DNA of 64,000 nt, from positions 71,977 to 135,976 of the IMG/VR virus record IMGVR_UViG_3300025131_000007; one strand, 5' to 3'. Both the position numbers and the translations under genes were made by a program. The notes beneath the pieces were generated by a model. The model was not told the origin of the DNA. It ran no database searches and worked only from the letters and a program-made list of their open reading frames with translations. Shown here piece after piece: positions 46,486 through 55,164 of this stretch; positions within the stretch are counted from its first letter, which is position 1; the number at the start of each line of letters is the position of its first letter. This DNA comes from a virus.

Positions 46486-46704
46486 ATGAATCTATATGAC
46501 ACTACGGATAAAGACCCCTTCGAGGGGGATCGTGCACGTGCTAAAGTTAGCCAATGGATAAAAGATCTTAGCCCACGAAAACGTGGTCTTGGCCTAGTTA
46601 AAGAAATTAATGAAGATACATACGGAATGAATGTTTTCTGGATAAAATCTAAAAAAACATTGTGGACAATTTGGCCAAATCATGGGCATTATATAGTAAT
46701 ATAG
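46486..46704 (+). CDS. SH3-like small protein
   Basis: GLGLV...MNVFW. Confidence 0.6.
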   Translation: MNLYDTTDKDPFEGDRARAKVSQWIKDLSPRKRGLGLVKEINEDTYGMNVFWIKSKKTLWTIWPNHGHYIVI

Positions 46705-46735
46705 ACTATATATAATCTAAAAAAAGGAAGATCTC

Positions 46736-47053
46736 ATGAAACCGATAAAATATGGCATTTTTTGTGTTCTTTTTGGTATTGTTTCGAACAATGTGTCGGG
46801 AGGAAATACACCACCGTCAATTGATCTGTCTGATGTTCCTCGACGCAATGGAGTAACCATGGGCATAGAAAATCTTATCCCTCGCGTTTATTATCCTTCT
46901 CCGCCGATAGAATTAGATTCTTTAAAATACTATTCGCCCGATACTTATTGTCATTTAGAGCCAGATATTAAATCACTTTCGCATGACCAAATGAAAAATG
47001 TGATTAAATTTTGTTTCACACAACATGAAAAATGGGTTCGTCTTAGTAGATAG
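46736..47053 (+). CDS. secreted hypothetical protein
   Basis: N-terminal signal-like segment. Confidence 0.6.
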   Translation: MKPIKYGIFCVLFGIVSNNVSGGNTPPSIDLSDVPRRNGVTMGIENLIPRVYYPSPPIELDSLKYYSPDTYCHLEPDIKSLSHDQMKNVIKFCFTQHEKWVRLSR

Positions 47054-47070
47054 TTTAAACTATTTACAGC

Positions 47071-47358
47071 ATGTTACAAAAAAGCCTATTTAAAGTAGGA
47101 GATATAGTAATGGACGTTCAAACGCGAGAGATTGGCCTTCTTGTGAAACGATATGATGTGTTTCAGGAATATTTTCATAATGAAAGTGAAGAAATAAGAA
47201 GTATTTGGGCATGGGAAATATTATGGGTAGGGTCTCAATCTACAAAGGAAAATCGTTACCACTCTTATACCGAAATGGGTTTAATTAGCCTTCTTCGTGA
47301 TAAAACTTTCAAGCTAATCACACTCAATTCTGCTGGCGTTGAGGATAAAAATGGATGA
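47071..47358 (+). CDS. KOW/SH3-like protein (IG.L...W.I.W...E.GL subfamily)
   Basis: FKVGDIV...IGLL...WEILW...TEMGL. Confidence 0.7.
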   Translation: MLQKSLFKVGDIVMDVQTREIGLLVKRYDVFQEYFHNESEEIRSIWAWEILWVGSQSTKENRYHSYTEMGLISLLRDKTFKLITLNSAGVEDKNG

Positions 47359-47681
47359 GCATCATCCAGGAGGAATTAGAGGAAATTAAATTACACGTGG
47401 GAGATATCATTATTCAACATTCATCTGGCTTAATTGGAATATTAATAGAAAAATTTCGTAATTTTCCCATAGGGGGAGAGTCGACTGAGGGTATTTGGGC
47501 AGATATTTGGTTTTGGAGAGTTCAGTGGCTTAAAAACGTCGATCGACGCGTCGATATTTCCCAAGCACCATTTTTAAATGAAACATTAGAAGAAGAAGGA
47601 TTAAAAATGTCTATTTTTATTGGCAATATTTATCACCATTCCCAATCACAAGGAAAATTTACGGAGCAAGATCATGAATAA
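47355..47681 (+). CDS. KOW/SH3-like protein (same subfamily)
   Basis: LHVGDII...IGIL...WRVQW...EEGLKMSIF. Confidence 0.7.
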   Translation: MSIIQEELEEIKLHVGDIIIQHSSGLIGILIEKFRNFPIGGESTEGIWADIWFWRVQWLKNVDRRVDISQAPFLNETLEEEGLKMSIFIGNIYHHSQSQGKFTEQDHE

Positions 47682-48132
47682 TAAAACTTGGAATGTCTAT
47701 AAAATCTTTAACAATGGGCGGCGCGCCAAAGCACCATTATATCATTTTGATTGTTCGATCGAAAAAATGAATGAAAATTATTTTGAAAACGATATAAAAC
47801 CGTTTTTAATAAAAAAATTTGGTCATAAAATAAAAGATTCCACTCTTACTGTTGTGCGATCGGATTTGTCACAAACCCGAGAGACCTCGGAAAATAAATT
47901 TGAACAAGAAAAAAAATTAAGATACAAAGTCTTTTCTAAATACCTAAATAAAAATTTAATAAACAATCAACTCATTGAATGTGTTCTTTTGTTTGCCAAA
48001 GATACTAATTGGAAGTGGAGATGGTGTGTAGTAAGAGCATCCACCTCTGGAATTATAGAGATTATCTCACCAGAACGAGATTCGTATGAAGAGGCACACG
48101 AATGGATGGAAAAAGAAATAGAAAAACTTTAA
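47674..48132 (+). CDS. hypothetical protein
   Basis: GGAG RBS; NGRRAKAP motif. Confidence 0.7.
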   Translation: MNNKTWNVYKIFNNGRRAKAPLYHFDCSIEKMNENYFENDIKPFLIKKFGHKIKDSTLTVVRSDLSQTRETSENKFEQEKKLRYKVFSKYLNKNLINNQLIECVLLFAKDTNWKWRWCVVRASTSGIIEIISPERDSYEEAHEWMEKEIEKL

Positions 48133-48356
48133 ATATCGAAGACTTCCAAATAGGAGACTTGGTTCTTATCGCAGATGGTAGGGCAATAATAGAAGAGCCA
48201 TCGTTTGGAAAAAGAACTTATGGAATAATTGTTCCGGACAGGAGAAATTCCGTAAACGGCATATTTCCACAAATCGCTGTTTACGTTTTTCATAAAGAAT
48301 ATGTTGAGTTTCATTGGCCCAGTTATTTACAAATTGTTTCTTCTACTGCTGCATAA
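48102..48356 (+). CDS. KOW/SH3-like protein
   Basis: FQIGDLV...YGIIV...LQIVS. Confidence 0.7.
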   Translation: MDGKRNRKTLNIEDFQIGDLVLIADGRAIIEEPSFGKRTYGIIVPDRRNSVNGIFPQIAVYVFHKEYVEFHWPSYLQIVSSTAA

Positions 48357-48385
48357 CTTCCTACTTATAAAAGGGAGAGAAAATC

Positions 48386-48547
48386 ATGACTAGTCGAGAA
48401 TGGTGGATAGCATTATCTGTGTTGTGTATTTTTATTAATCTGGGGCTGCTAGGTTTTGGGGCAGCACTTGATTCTACAGAAGCGCAAGCTTTAGCTGTTT
48501 TAAATATTATTCTCCTAGCGTTTATTTTCATACCGCGTAAAACATAA
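48386..48547 (+). CDS. 53-aa two-TM protein (not in ORF track)
   Basis: GGGAG RBS; CTACTTAT upstream; two hydrophobic helices. Confidence 0.6.
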   Translation: MTSREWWIALSVLCIFINLGLLGFGAALDSTEAQALAVLNIILLAFIFIPRKT

Positions 48548-48566
48548 AAGTAGGAGGATTTATGAA

Positions 48567-49301
48567 ATGAAAAGTTTGTTTTTGTTTGTAATATGTAGCT
48601 TGATGGCGTTTGGTGATGTTCCTATTGGCGCCACACCACACTTGACCGAGCCCGTCAACGTCTCAATGACAAAAATAGAAAAAAAGGTGCGGTCCGCCGC
48701 AGTCAAAGTGTATTCAGGGAATGGCCATGGATCCGGATCGCTCGTTAAATATAAAGGATCGCATTTTATTATTACAGCTTTTCATGTTATTCAGCCTGGC
48801 CGGGTCTTTTTTGGAAAAACTTATCAAATTAAAGGTATAAATCAAACAAAATTAGCTTCTTTGGTTTATTTTGACGAAACCAACGACATCGCAGTCTTGT
48901 ATTTAGACAAAACCGAACATTTTAAATACAACAATCCTATGAGATGGAATCCAATGGCCAGTGACGCTCACGTCGGCACTGCCATTACTTACTCAGGGTA
49001 CCCTTCGTGGCACAACTTGATGACTTTTCGAGGGCACGTGGCGGGTTATGAAACCTTCCCCCGCATCGGAGAACAAATTATTCTTAATGTATTTGGGTGG
49101 TTTGGGTCGTCGGGGGCTTTAGTTTACACTAGTAGGGGTGAAATTGTAGGTGTATTGTGGGCAATTGATGTAGAAAACGACCCAGAAGTGCAGGTAAATG
49201 AAGATATGGTGTGGGTCTCTCCCATTCGTCACCTAAACATTAAAGATGCGGCAGATGCGGTATGCCAATATGCCGCCACACCACCGAGGCATTGTGAATA
49301 A
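48567..49301 (+). CDS. secreted trypsin-like serine protease
   Basis: Signal peptide; GSG, TAFHV, DIAVL, GSSG. Confidence 0.87.
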   Translation: MKSLFLFVICSLMAFGDVPIGATPHLTEPVNVSMTKIEKKVRSAAVKVYSGNGHGSGSLVKYKGSHFIITAFHVIQPGRVFFGKTYQIKGINQTKLASLVYFDETNDIAVLYLDKTEHFKYNNPMRWNPMASDAHVGTAITYSGYPSWHNLMTFRGHVAGYETFPRIGEQIILNVFGWFGSSGALVYTSRGEIVGVLWAIDVENDPEVQVNEDMVWVSPIRHLNIKDAADAVCQYAATPPRHCE

Positions 49302-49303
49302 AT

Positions 49304-49810
49304 ATGAAAAAGTGGTCTAAATTTGTAGAAAATGTAACTTCTGTCACGTATGTGGTTGGAGTAGTTGCTTGCTTGAATAACGATCGGGAGTTTCTTATCG
49401 TAAAACGCTCTTCTACTGATCCTGTGAAGCCGGGATATTGGGAGTGGCCGGGGGGCCACATTGATAAAAAAGACAACTCTATTGAAGATGCGGCGGCACG
49501 TGAACTAAAAGAAGAAGCAAATGTTAGTGTTGATGCATCCTCTCTCAAATTTTTAGGATATGAAGAGGAAACACGCAAGAGTGTTGAAGATCCCAACACA
49601 CCGGTGAGTGTTCAAAAGCACTATTTTTTAGCATTAAAGTGGGAAAAAGAGGCGAAAATCGTTCAAAATCCACACAGCGGTATCTGGGAGCACGATGATC
49701 TAAGGTGGGCGACAAAAGAAGAGATCGGATCTATTGACAATAGCGCAATTCCTAACTATTTATTGACGAAAGCATTAAAAATAGCAGGATTTGAAACAAA
49801 AAATGACTAA
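49304..49810 (+). CDS. NUDIX hydrolase
   Basis: PGGHI...EDAAARELKEEANV Nudix box. Confidence 0.92.
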   Translation: MKKWSKFVENVTSVTYVVGVVACLNNDREFLIVKRSSTDPVKPGYWEWPGGHIDKKDNSIEDAAARELKEEANVSVDASSLKFLGYEEETRKSVEDPNTPVSVQKHYFLALKWEKEAKIVQNPHSGIWEHDDLRWATKEEIGSIDNSAIPNYLLTKALKIAGFETKND

Positions 49811-52247
49811 TTTCAATCAAATTTGGAAAGATTTTATCAAAAATGATGGTTTTTCCACTCAAAAACCTCAAAAAAAGCAAAAATTGGTAGAAAATACCGA
49901 TATTTACGGCAAAATTGACGAAAATTCCGACAAAATCCTCTCCGAAGTGACTGAAGACGAAGTTGCACACATAGAAAACGCAATTGAACACATGGATCCT
50001 GATGATTTAGCCTTCAATTCGATGTTTAGTGGTTTAATGAGGCGTATTATACCCTTTTCTTCTCTCGATCCTGACTCACATAGCGGAAAATTCATTAAAT
50101 TTTGGGATAAATTGCACCAAGGTGAGGGCCCAAAGGGCCAAGAACTCGGTTGGAAGTGGAAACCTGACTTTTCAACCGGAAAAGTATCACGAAATAGGCC
50201 AATTTACAAAACTCCGAATGATTATGATGAAGCCTCCCCCGTTCCAGGCAAAGAATCACCCAAAAGATCGCTAGAAATGATGAAAATGGGGAAACTTTTG
50301 AATAAAATTATCAATCTTGCGACAGAAGTTAAGAAATTAACAAGAAAAAAGTCACCAATTTTCGGATCTGGCAGTTTAGACGACAACGAAATGGAAAAAT
50401 TGCGTAGAATGAATAATGCCTTGTATAATTTGGCTGGTAATATACATGCGATTCGTTATATTTTAAATAATATTGACGAACTTCGGGAATTGGCGAGATT
50501 TTGGGAATTAACCGGAGCAGCGCTGTTCAAAAATGACCCCAACGCCGGAAAAGATGACTCCTATTCAATAATTGTTACTAGAAGCCCGATGGATATCCTC
50601 AGAGCAGCCGATTTTGACAAAATTCAGTCATGTCATAGCCCACCATCCCGGGATGGGGGTGGATCTTACTTTAAATGCATTGTCGCAGAGGCACATGGGC
50701 ATGGTGCTGTCGCATATATTGTCAAAACTGAAGATTTATTTGATGTCTACGAGGCTTTTCCTGGGTACCCACCATACAAAACCATAGAAGACATCCAAAA
50801 TGACGAAGAATTTCAGACTGAAGAGGTTTTTTACGACAAAACGAGAGATGCTGGAAAGATCGATCCAATATCAAGGGTCAGATTACGACAATTTAAGTAT
50901 GAATCTCCCCAATTTGAAGACGATGTAGAGTTGGCAGTGCCCGAAATGAGAACCTACGGGCAATCTTTTGAAGATTTTTATAAAACAGTCTTGCATTTTG
51001 CTCATAATTCTCAGGAAGAACAATTGGCAGCCGCACCCAGAACAGAAGATGATAAGCTTGACCTTAACAAATTTACAATTTATGGCGGCTCTCATGAAGA
51101 TACAGGAAGAACAGTCTTATTAACAAATCTTTTTAATATTCCCGGTGATGACGTGGTGGGGAAAGTTAAACAAGACACATCAACCGAAGATGAGCTTCCT
51201 GATGATTTGCGAGGTCTCGAAGAGTTATACGAAAGAGAATGTCAAGAAATCAAGGAAGAGTGGAATCACAGATATGCAGCAGTAAAAACCGACTTTGAGG
51301 TAGAAGATGACGGTGCTGGCGGTGCTTACATAAAAGTCATGGGAGAAATAACACTCGAATGGGATAAAGATGATTGGGTAAGATGGCCGCATGCGGGACA
51401 ACTTTTCGAAATTCTCAGTGAATTGAAGGAAGGTTATGGTATGGAGTGGATTTCTGATTCTTATCCAACTTATTTGCAAGATTTGGGCGGCGACAAAATC
51501 GGCTTCACCTTTGAAATTGAACCAGAGGGCCTAACACCATTTAAGGAAGCAACCGGCGGGATACTCTATGCAATGGAGTCTCATTATTATAATATATGGT
51601 GCGAGGCGCTAAACACCATTGATGATGGAAGAAGAGAAATAAAAGAAGAGATCAGCACAATTGCTAAACTACAAGGCTGGATGTCTGGTGGTAAGTTTAT
51701 AAAATTAGCAAGAGACATAGAAGATCAAGAAATTGACCTTTTTGATTGGAATACAGAAGTTGATGGAGATTATCCTGATTATTATGATGTAACTGCTACA
51801 GCCAACATTTATTTAGAAGAAAGTGATTTAGAAAATATTCCGCAGTTTAGTTATAATCAGTGGAATACTCTTTTAAATTCGCGCGACTTGAGACTAGAAT
51901 TTAGAAAGTTATTGCTTGCTGAACCAAAGCAAGAACTTAATACTAAATATAACCTTTCTATTGAAACAAAATACCAAATTCCAAATGTTGAGGAATTTGA
52001 CGACGTAAGGTATTATGTCACATTCAATATCACCGAAGATGTTCCTGACGAAATGGTAGATCTTTTCAAGCACACCATTGAAGAAACTGATGACGAAGAC
52101 TTGTTAAAAGCAATTTTGATTAAAGCGATCAACAATGTTTGGGGAAATGTAAAACAAGAACAGATGGTCGAGACTTTAAATAAAAAACACACCAAAAAAG
52201 ATGCAGAATATTTTGTGGAAAGGTGGAAATTGAACTTTAACCGATAA
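49803..52247 (+). CDS. large acidic protein, partial paralog of 14174-17584
   Basis: ~814 aa; TRSPMDILR...IQSCH motif. Confidence 0.75.
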   Translation: MTNFNQIWKDFIKNDGFSTQKPQKKQKLVENTDIYGKIDENSDKILSEVTEDEVAHIENAIEHMDPDDLAFNSMFSGLMRRIIPFSSLDPDSHSGKFIKFWDKLHQGEGPKGQELGWKWKPDFSTGKVSRNRPIYKTPNDYDEASPVPGKESPKRSLEMMKMGKLLNKIINLATEVKKLTRKKSPIFGSGSLDDNEMEKLRRMNNALYNLAGNIHAIRYILNNIDELRELARFWELTGAALFKNDPNAGKDDSYSIIVTRSPMDILRAADFDKIQSCHSPPSRDGGGSYFKCIVAEAHGHGAVAYIVKTEDLFDVYEAFPGYPPYKTIEDIQNDEEFQTEEVFYDKTRDAGKIDPISRVRLRQFKYESPQFEDDVELAVPEMRTYGQSFEDFYKTVLHFAHNSQEEQLAAAPRTEDDKLDLNKFTIYGGSHEDTGRTVLLTNLFNIPGDDVVGKVKQDTSTEDELPDDLRGLEELYERECQEIKEEWNHRYAAVKTDFEVEDDGAGGAYIKVMGEITLEWDKDDWVRWPHAGQLFEILSELKEGYGMEWISDSYPTYLQDLGGDKIGFTFEIEPEGLTPFKEATGGILYAMESHYYNIWCEALNTIDDGRREIKEEISTIAKLQGWMSGGKFIKLARDIEDQEIDLFDWNTEVDGDYPDYYDVTATANIYLEESDLENIPQFSYNQWNTLLNSRDLRLEFRKLLLAEPKQELNTKYNLSIETKYQIPNVEEFDDVRYYVTFNITEDVPDEMVDLFKHTIEETDDEDLLKAILIKAINNVWGNVKQEQMVETLNKKHTKKDAEYFVERWKLNFNR

Positions 52248-52278
52248 TCCTCTACTTATTAAAGAGAGGTTATAATGA

Positions 52279-52617
52279 ATGGAGTGTTCCTATAATAACA
52301 TTCATTTTTCTACCGGCGATTTAATAGTTGATAGAGAATATAAAGAAATTGGCATCCTCACCAAAAGGGCGCGCGTATTTAATCCTATAGATACATTAAA
52401 ACACAATGAAAATATATCACAAACTACATCTAATTGGGGTTGGGAAGTCTTATGGATAAAAAAGAAAGAAGATTCCGGAACGATAGGGCCATTCAAAAAT
52501 TTAGATCGAGTTCTTACCGAAGAGGGAATGAGGTTATCCATTTTTGCCGGAGTTTTAGAGCACTTCCGCGCTGGGAGCACTCATGGAATTAATCTCGACT
52601 CATATATGCAAAGGTAA
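52279..52617 (+). CDS. KOW/SH3-like protein (47071/47355 subfamily)
   Basis: FSTGDLI...IGIL...WEVLW...EEGMRLSIF. Confidence 0.7.
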   Translation: MECSYNNIHFSTGDLIVDREYKEIGILTKRARVFNPIDTLKHNENISQTTSNWGWEVLWIKKKEDSGTIGPFKNLDRVLTEEGMRLSIFAGVLEHFRAGSTHGINLDSYMQR

Positions 52618-52993
52618 AGATATAGGTGTTCATGGAAATCTTTTTGGAGGCGTAATGTTAGCATGGCTCGATGAAGCCGGCGGTGCATATGCCGGCCAAT
52701 GCTGTGATACGCCGCGTATGGTTACTGTTCGTATGGGAGAAACCTTTTTTAAGAAGCCCATACGCCCCGGTCATCTTATTAAAATTTACGGAGAGGTGAT
52801 TAGGGTGGGAACAACTTCTGTAACCCTTAGATTGGAAGCCAGACGGCATTCTGTGTATAATGGAACTCAAGTTGTAGCATGCACGACTAAAATCGTATTT
52901 GTTCGCGTGGATGGAGATGGAGAAGCAATTCCGTTAAGTGATAAAGTGAAAAATAAATATAAACACAAAGTAGGAACAGAAAAGGTATGTTAA
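52583..52993 (+). CDS. acyl-CoA thioesterase (hotdog fold, YciA-like)
   Basis: D...HGNLFGGVMLAWLDEAG...F.KP...G......G.V.RVGTTS. Confidence 0.9.
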   Translation: MELISTHICKGKDIGVHGNLFGGVMLAWLDEAGGAYAGQCCDTPRMVTVRMGETFFKKPIRPGHLIKIYGEVIRVGTTSVTLRLEARRHSVYNGTQVVACTTKIVFVRVDGDGEAIPLSDKVKNKYKHKVGTEKVC

Positions 52994-53034
52994 AGATGAT
53001 ATACTAATTATACGTGTTGGAAGGAGATATAAAC

Positions 53035-53364
53035 ATGGTTTCTGAGAATTCAGGATGGGATAACTATTCAAAGTTAGTTCTTCAACAACTGGAAGGTGTG
53101 GCGAAAAGCATTGAGCAGTTGCGCGATGAATTTCAAGCAATAAAAGAACAACTTACTGAATTAAAAGCTAAAGAAGACCGGATTCAAGACCTAAAAGTTT
53201 GGAAAGAAAGGGTGGATGAAGTAATGTCTCCTACACAATTGCAACAAGCCATGAAAGATGTGGAAGAACTTAAAATGTTTAAAACAAAAGCAATTACAGT
53301 ATTCATGGTAGTTCAGTTTTTTATGGCATTTGCAACGTTGGGGATCCAATTCATCGATATATAG
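53035..53364 (+). CDS. coiled-coil protein with C-terminal TM
   Basis: AAGGAG RBS; heptads followed by a hydrophobic tail. Confidence 0.75.
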   Translation: MVSENSGWDNYSKLVLQQLEGVAKSIEQLRDEFQAIKEQLTELKAKEDRIQDLKVWKERVDEVMSPTQLQQAMKDVEELKMFKTKAITVFMVVQFFMAFATLGIQFIDI

Positions 53365-53373
53365 GAATTAATT

Positions 53374-53454
53374 ATGGCTTATAAATATAATAGAGGCTCC
53401 ATCGGTGCCGAAGGAAATGCCACGTGGAAACGCATAGCTTTAAGTGCTTGGTAA
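53374..53454 (+). CDS. 26-aa mini-ORF, possible deletion remnant
   Basis: MAYKYNRGSIGAEGNATWKRIALSAW; AGGA RBS. Confidence 0.4.
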   Translation: MAYKYNRGSIGAEGNATWKRIALSAW

Positions 53455-53468
53455 AAAATAGGATATAA

Positions 53469-53621
53469 ATGTTATTTAGTTTTGATAAGTTTTGGAAAAC
53501 TATTGGTTTATTAGTTGCAACATGGATAGCTTATGGAATTTGGGGATATGAATTCTGTGTTATTACTCTATTGGTTCTTTTGATATCGGTAAATTTTGAA
53601 AAAACAGATTCTTTCATATAG
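53469..53621 (+). CDS. small membrane protein (not in ORF track)
   Basis: MLFSFDKFWKTIGLLV...; two hydrophobic segments. Confidence 0.55.
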   Translation: MLFSFDKFWKTIGLLVATWIAYGIWGYEFCVITLLVLLISVNFEKTDSFI

Positions 53622-53676
53622 ACATGTCAACAAGACACTAATTATTTAGAATTTAAGTGGCTTAGGTATATATAAT

Positions 53677-53943
53677 ATGGAAAGAAAGGATAGTTTTGGG
53701 GCTATGCTGGCTAAATCTTTAAATATTGGAGATTTAGTGCAGTGGTCTCGGTGGAATAGTGAAGAAGGGGATTGGGAACCTCACTATGGAATTATTTCAG
53801 CAATAAAAACTGAAATTAAGGCAAATCGTCTTGTTTCGATATCCAAAGTGGTTCCCATTCAAGATCAAACTTCAGAATTAGAATTTTTTACCCTTAGTTT
53901 GAGATTGATATCCCCGATAAAAGATAAACCCGCCATTCAATGA
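53677..53943 (+). CDS. KOW/SH3-like protein
   Basis: LNIGDLVQW...YGII...LRLIS. Confidence 0.7.
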   Translation: MERKDSFGAMLAKSLNIGDLVQWSRWNSEEGDWEPHYGIISAIKTEIKANRLVSISKVVPIQDQTSELEFFTLSLRLISPIKDKPAIQ

Positions 53944-54015
53944 GTAAAAAGACCTATTTTATAACTATTTAGAGTATATTTGACCCCCTTCTTAAGAAAA
54001 AAGGGATTTTTCGAC

Positions 54016-55158
54016 ATGATCGACGTTATCACCCCATTAATTAAACAGTTTTTGCCATTTGCGCAAAAGAGTATTGGCTTCAATAAGCCTCCGCGTATGT
54101 TTTTGCGTAATGACTCCGAAAATGCCCAAAATCCTCTTGGAAAAACCGCATTTTACGACCCAAACAACGTTTCGGTGACTTTATATACGACCGACCGCCA
54201 TATCAAAGACGTTATGCGCTCTTTGGCTCATGAACTGGTTCATCATGCTCAACATGAGCGCGGTGAGTTCGAAAATTGCGGTGAAATGGGAGAGGGATAC
54301 GCTCAGAACGACGAACATTTAAGAGAAATGGAAAGAGAAGCCTATGAAGTGGGCAATATGTGCTTCCGAGATTGGGAAGATGGCATAAAAAATACTATTT
54401 ATTTTGAACATTTGAATAAAGGAGAACAAAAGAAAATGTCGATTAAAAATTGGAAAAACAAAGAAATTAAGTCACTATTGTCAGAAGCATGGGGATTTAA
54501 GATGAATTTAGATAAATTAATCGAAGAGGGCCAAACATCCGGAACAAAGCCCCGGAATGATCCTCATGCGATGCCTAGCTGTGAGGAGATGCCGTGGCTA
54601 TGCCCTGATGATAAAGAAAAAGAAGGCAAAGCTGATAGCAAGCGAGAAGAAGAAGGAATGGATGAATACGCCAGGGCTCCAGGTGGCGGAATGGGTAAAC
54701 AAGGAAGGGGGCGGAAATACCGCGATATGGCGGGTGGTGAAATGAAGCCCGAACGTAGCAAATATGCTACAATGTCGAGCGATCCAGCATCAGGAAAAAC
54801 ACAAACCCCAGACCCAGATCCAAACGCTTTCGTCGACGTAGAAGATGAAGAAATGGAAGAATCAAAACTTCAAGAAGACTCAGGAGAAGAAGAAGGTCGT
54901 CATTATAAAGATAACGAAATGAACGACGATGATCACATTAAGGCAATTGAACACCACTTGGCTGCTCTTAAAAAAGATCACGACTATGACGATGAGCATA
55001 TCGATGAAGAAAAAGTTGCTGAACGTCGTCGTAAAGGCAGAAAAGGGCCCCACATCCGTGGCACACCCGATCCTCACCTTCGGCCAGAACAGAGAGTTCG
55101 CTCTATTATACGCAAGGCACTTGAAGAAGCAGCCAAAGCCAAACTGAACAAGGAATAA
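54016..55158 (+). CDS. HEXXH metallopeptidase-like domain plus acidic tail
   Basis: RSLAHELVHHAQ...EMEREAY. Confidence 0.75.
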   Translation: MIDVITPLIKQFLPFAQKSIGFNKPPRMFLRNDSENAQNPLGKTAFYDPNNVSVTLYTTDRHIKDVMRSLAHELVHHAQHERGEFENCGEMGEGYAQNDEHLREMEREAYEVGNMCFRDWEDGIKNTIYFEHLNKGEQKKMSIKNWKNKEIKSLLSEAWGFKMNLDKLIEEGQTSGTKPRNDPHAMPSCEEMPWLCPDDKEKEGKADSKREEEGMDEYARAPGGGMGKQGRGRKYRDMAGGEMKPERSKYATMSSDPASGKTQTPDPDPNAFVDVEDEEMEESKLQEDSGEEEGRHYKDNEMNDDDHIKAIEHHLAALKKDHDYDDEHIDEEKVAERRRKGRKGPHIRGTPDPHLRPEQRVRSIIRKALEEAAKAKLNKE

Positions 55159-55164
55159 TTTCCA

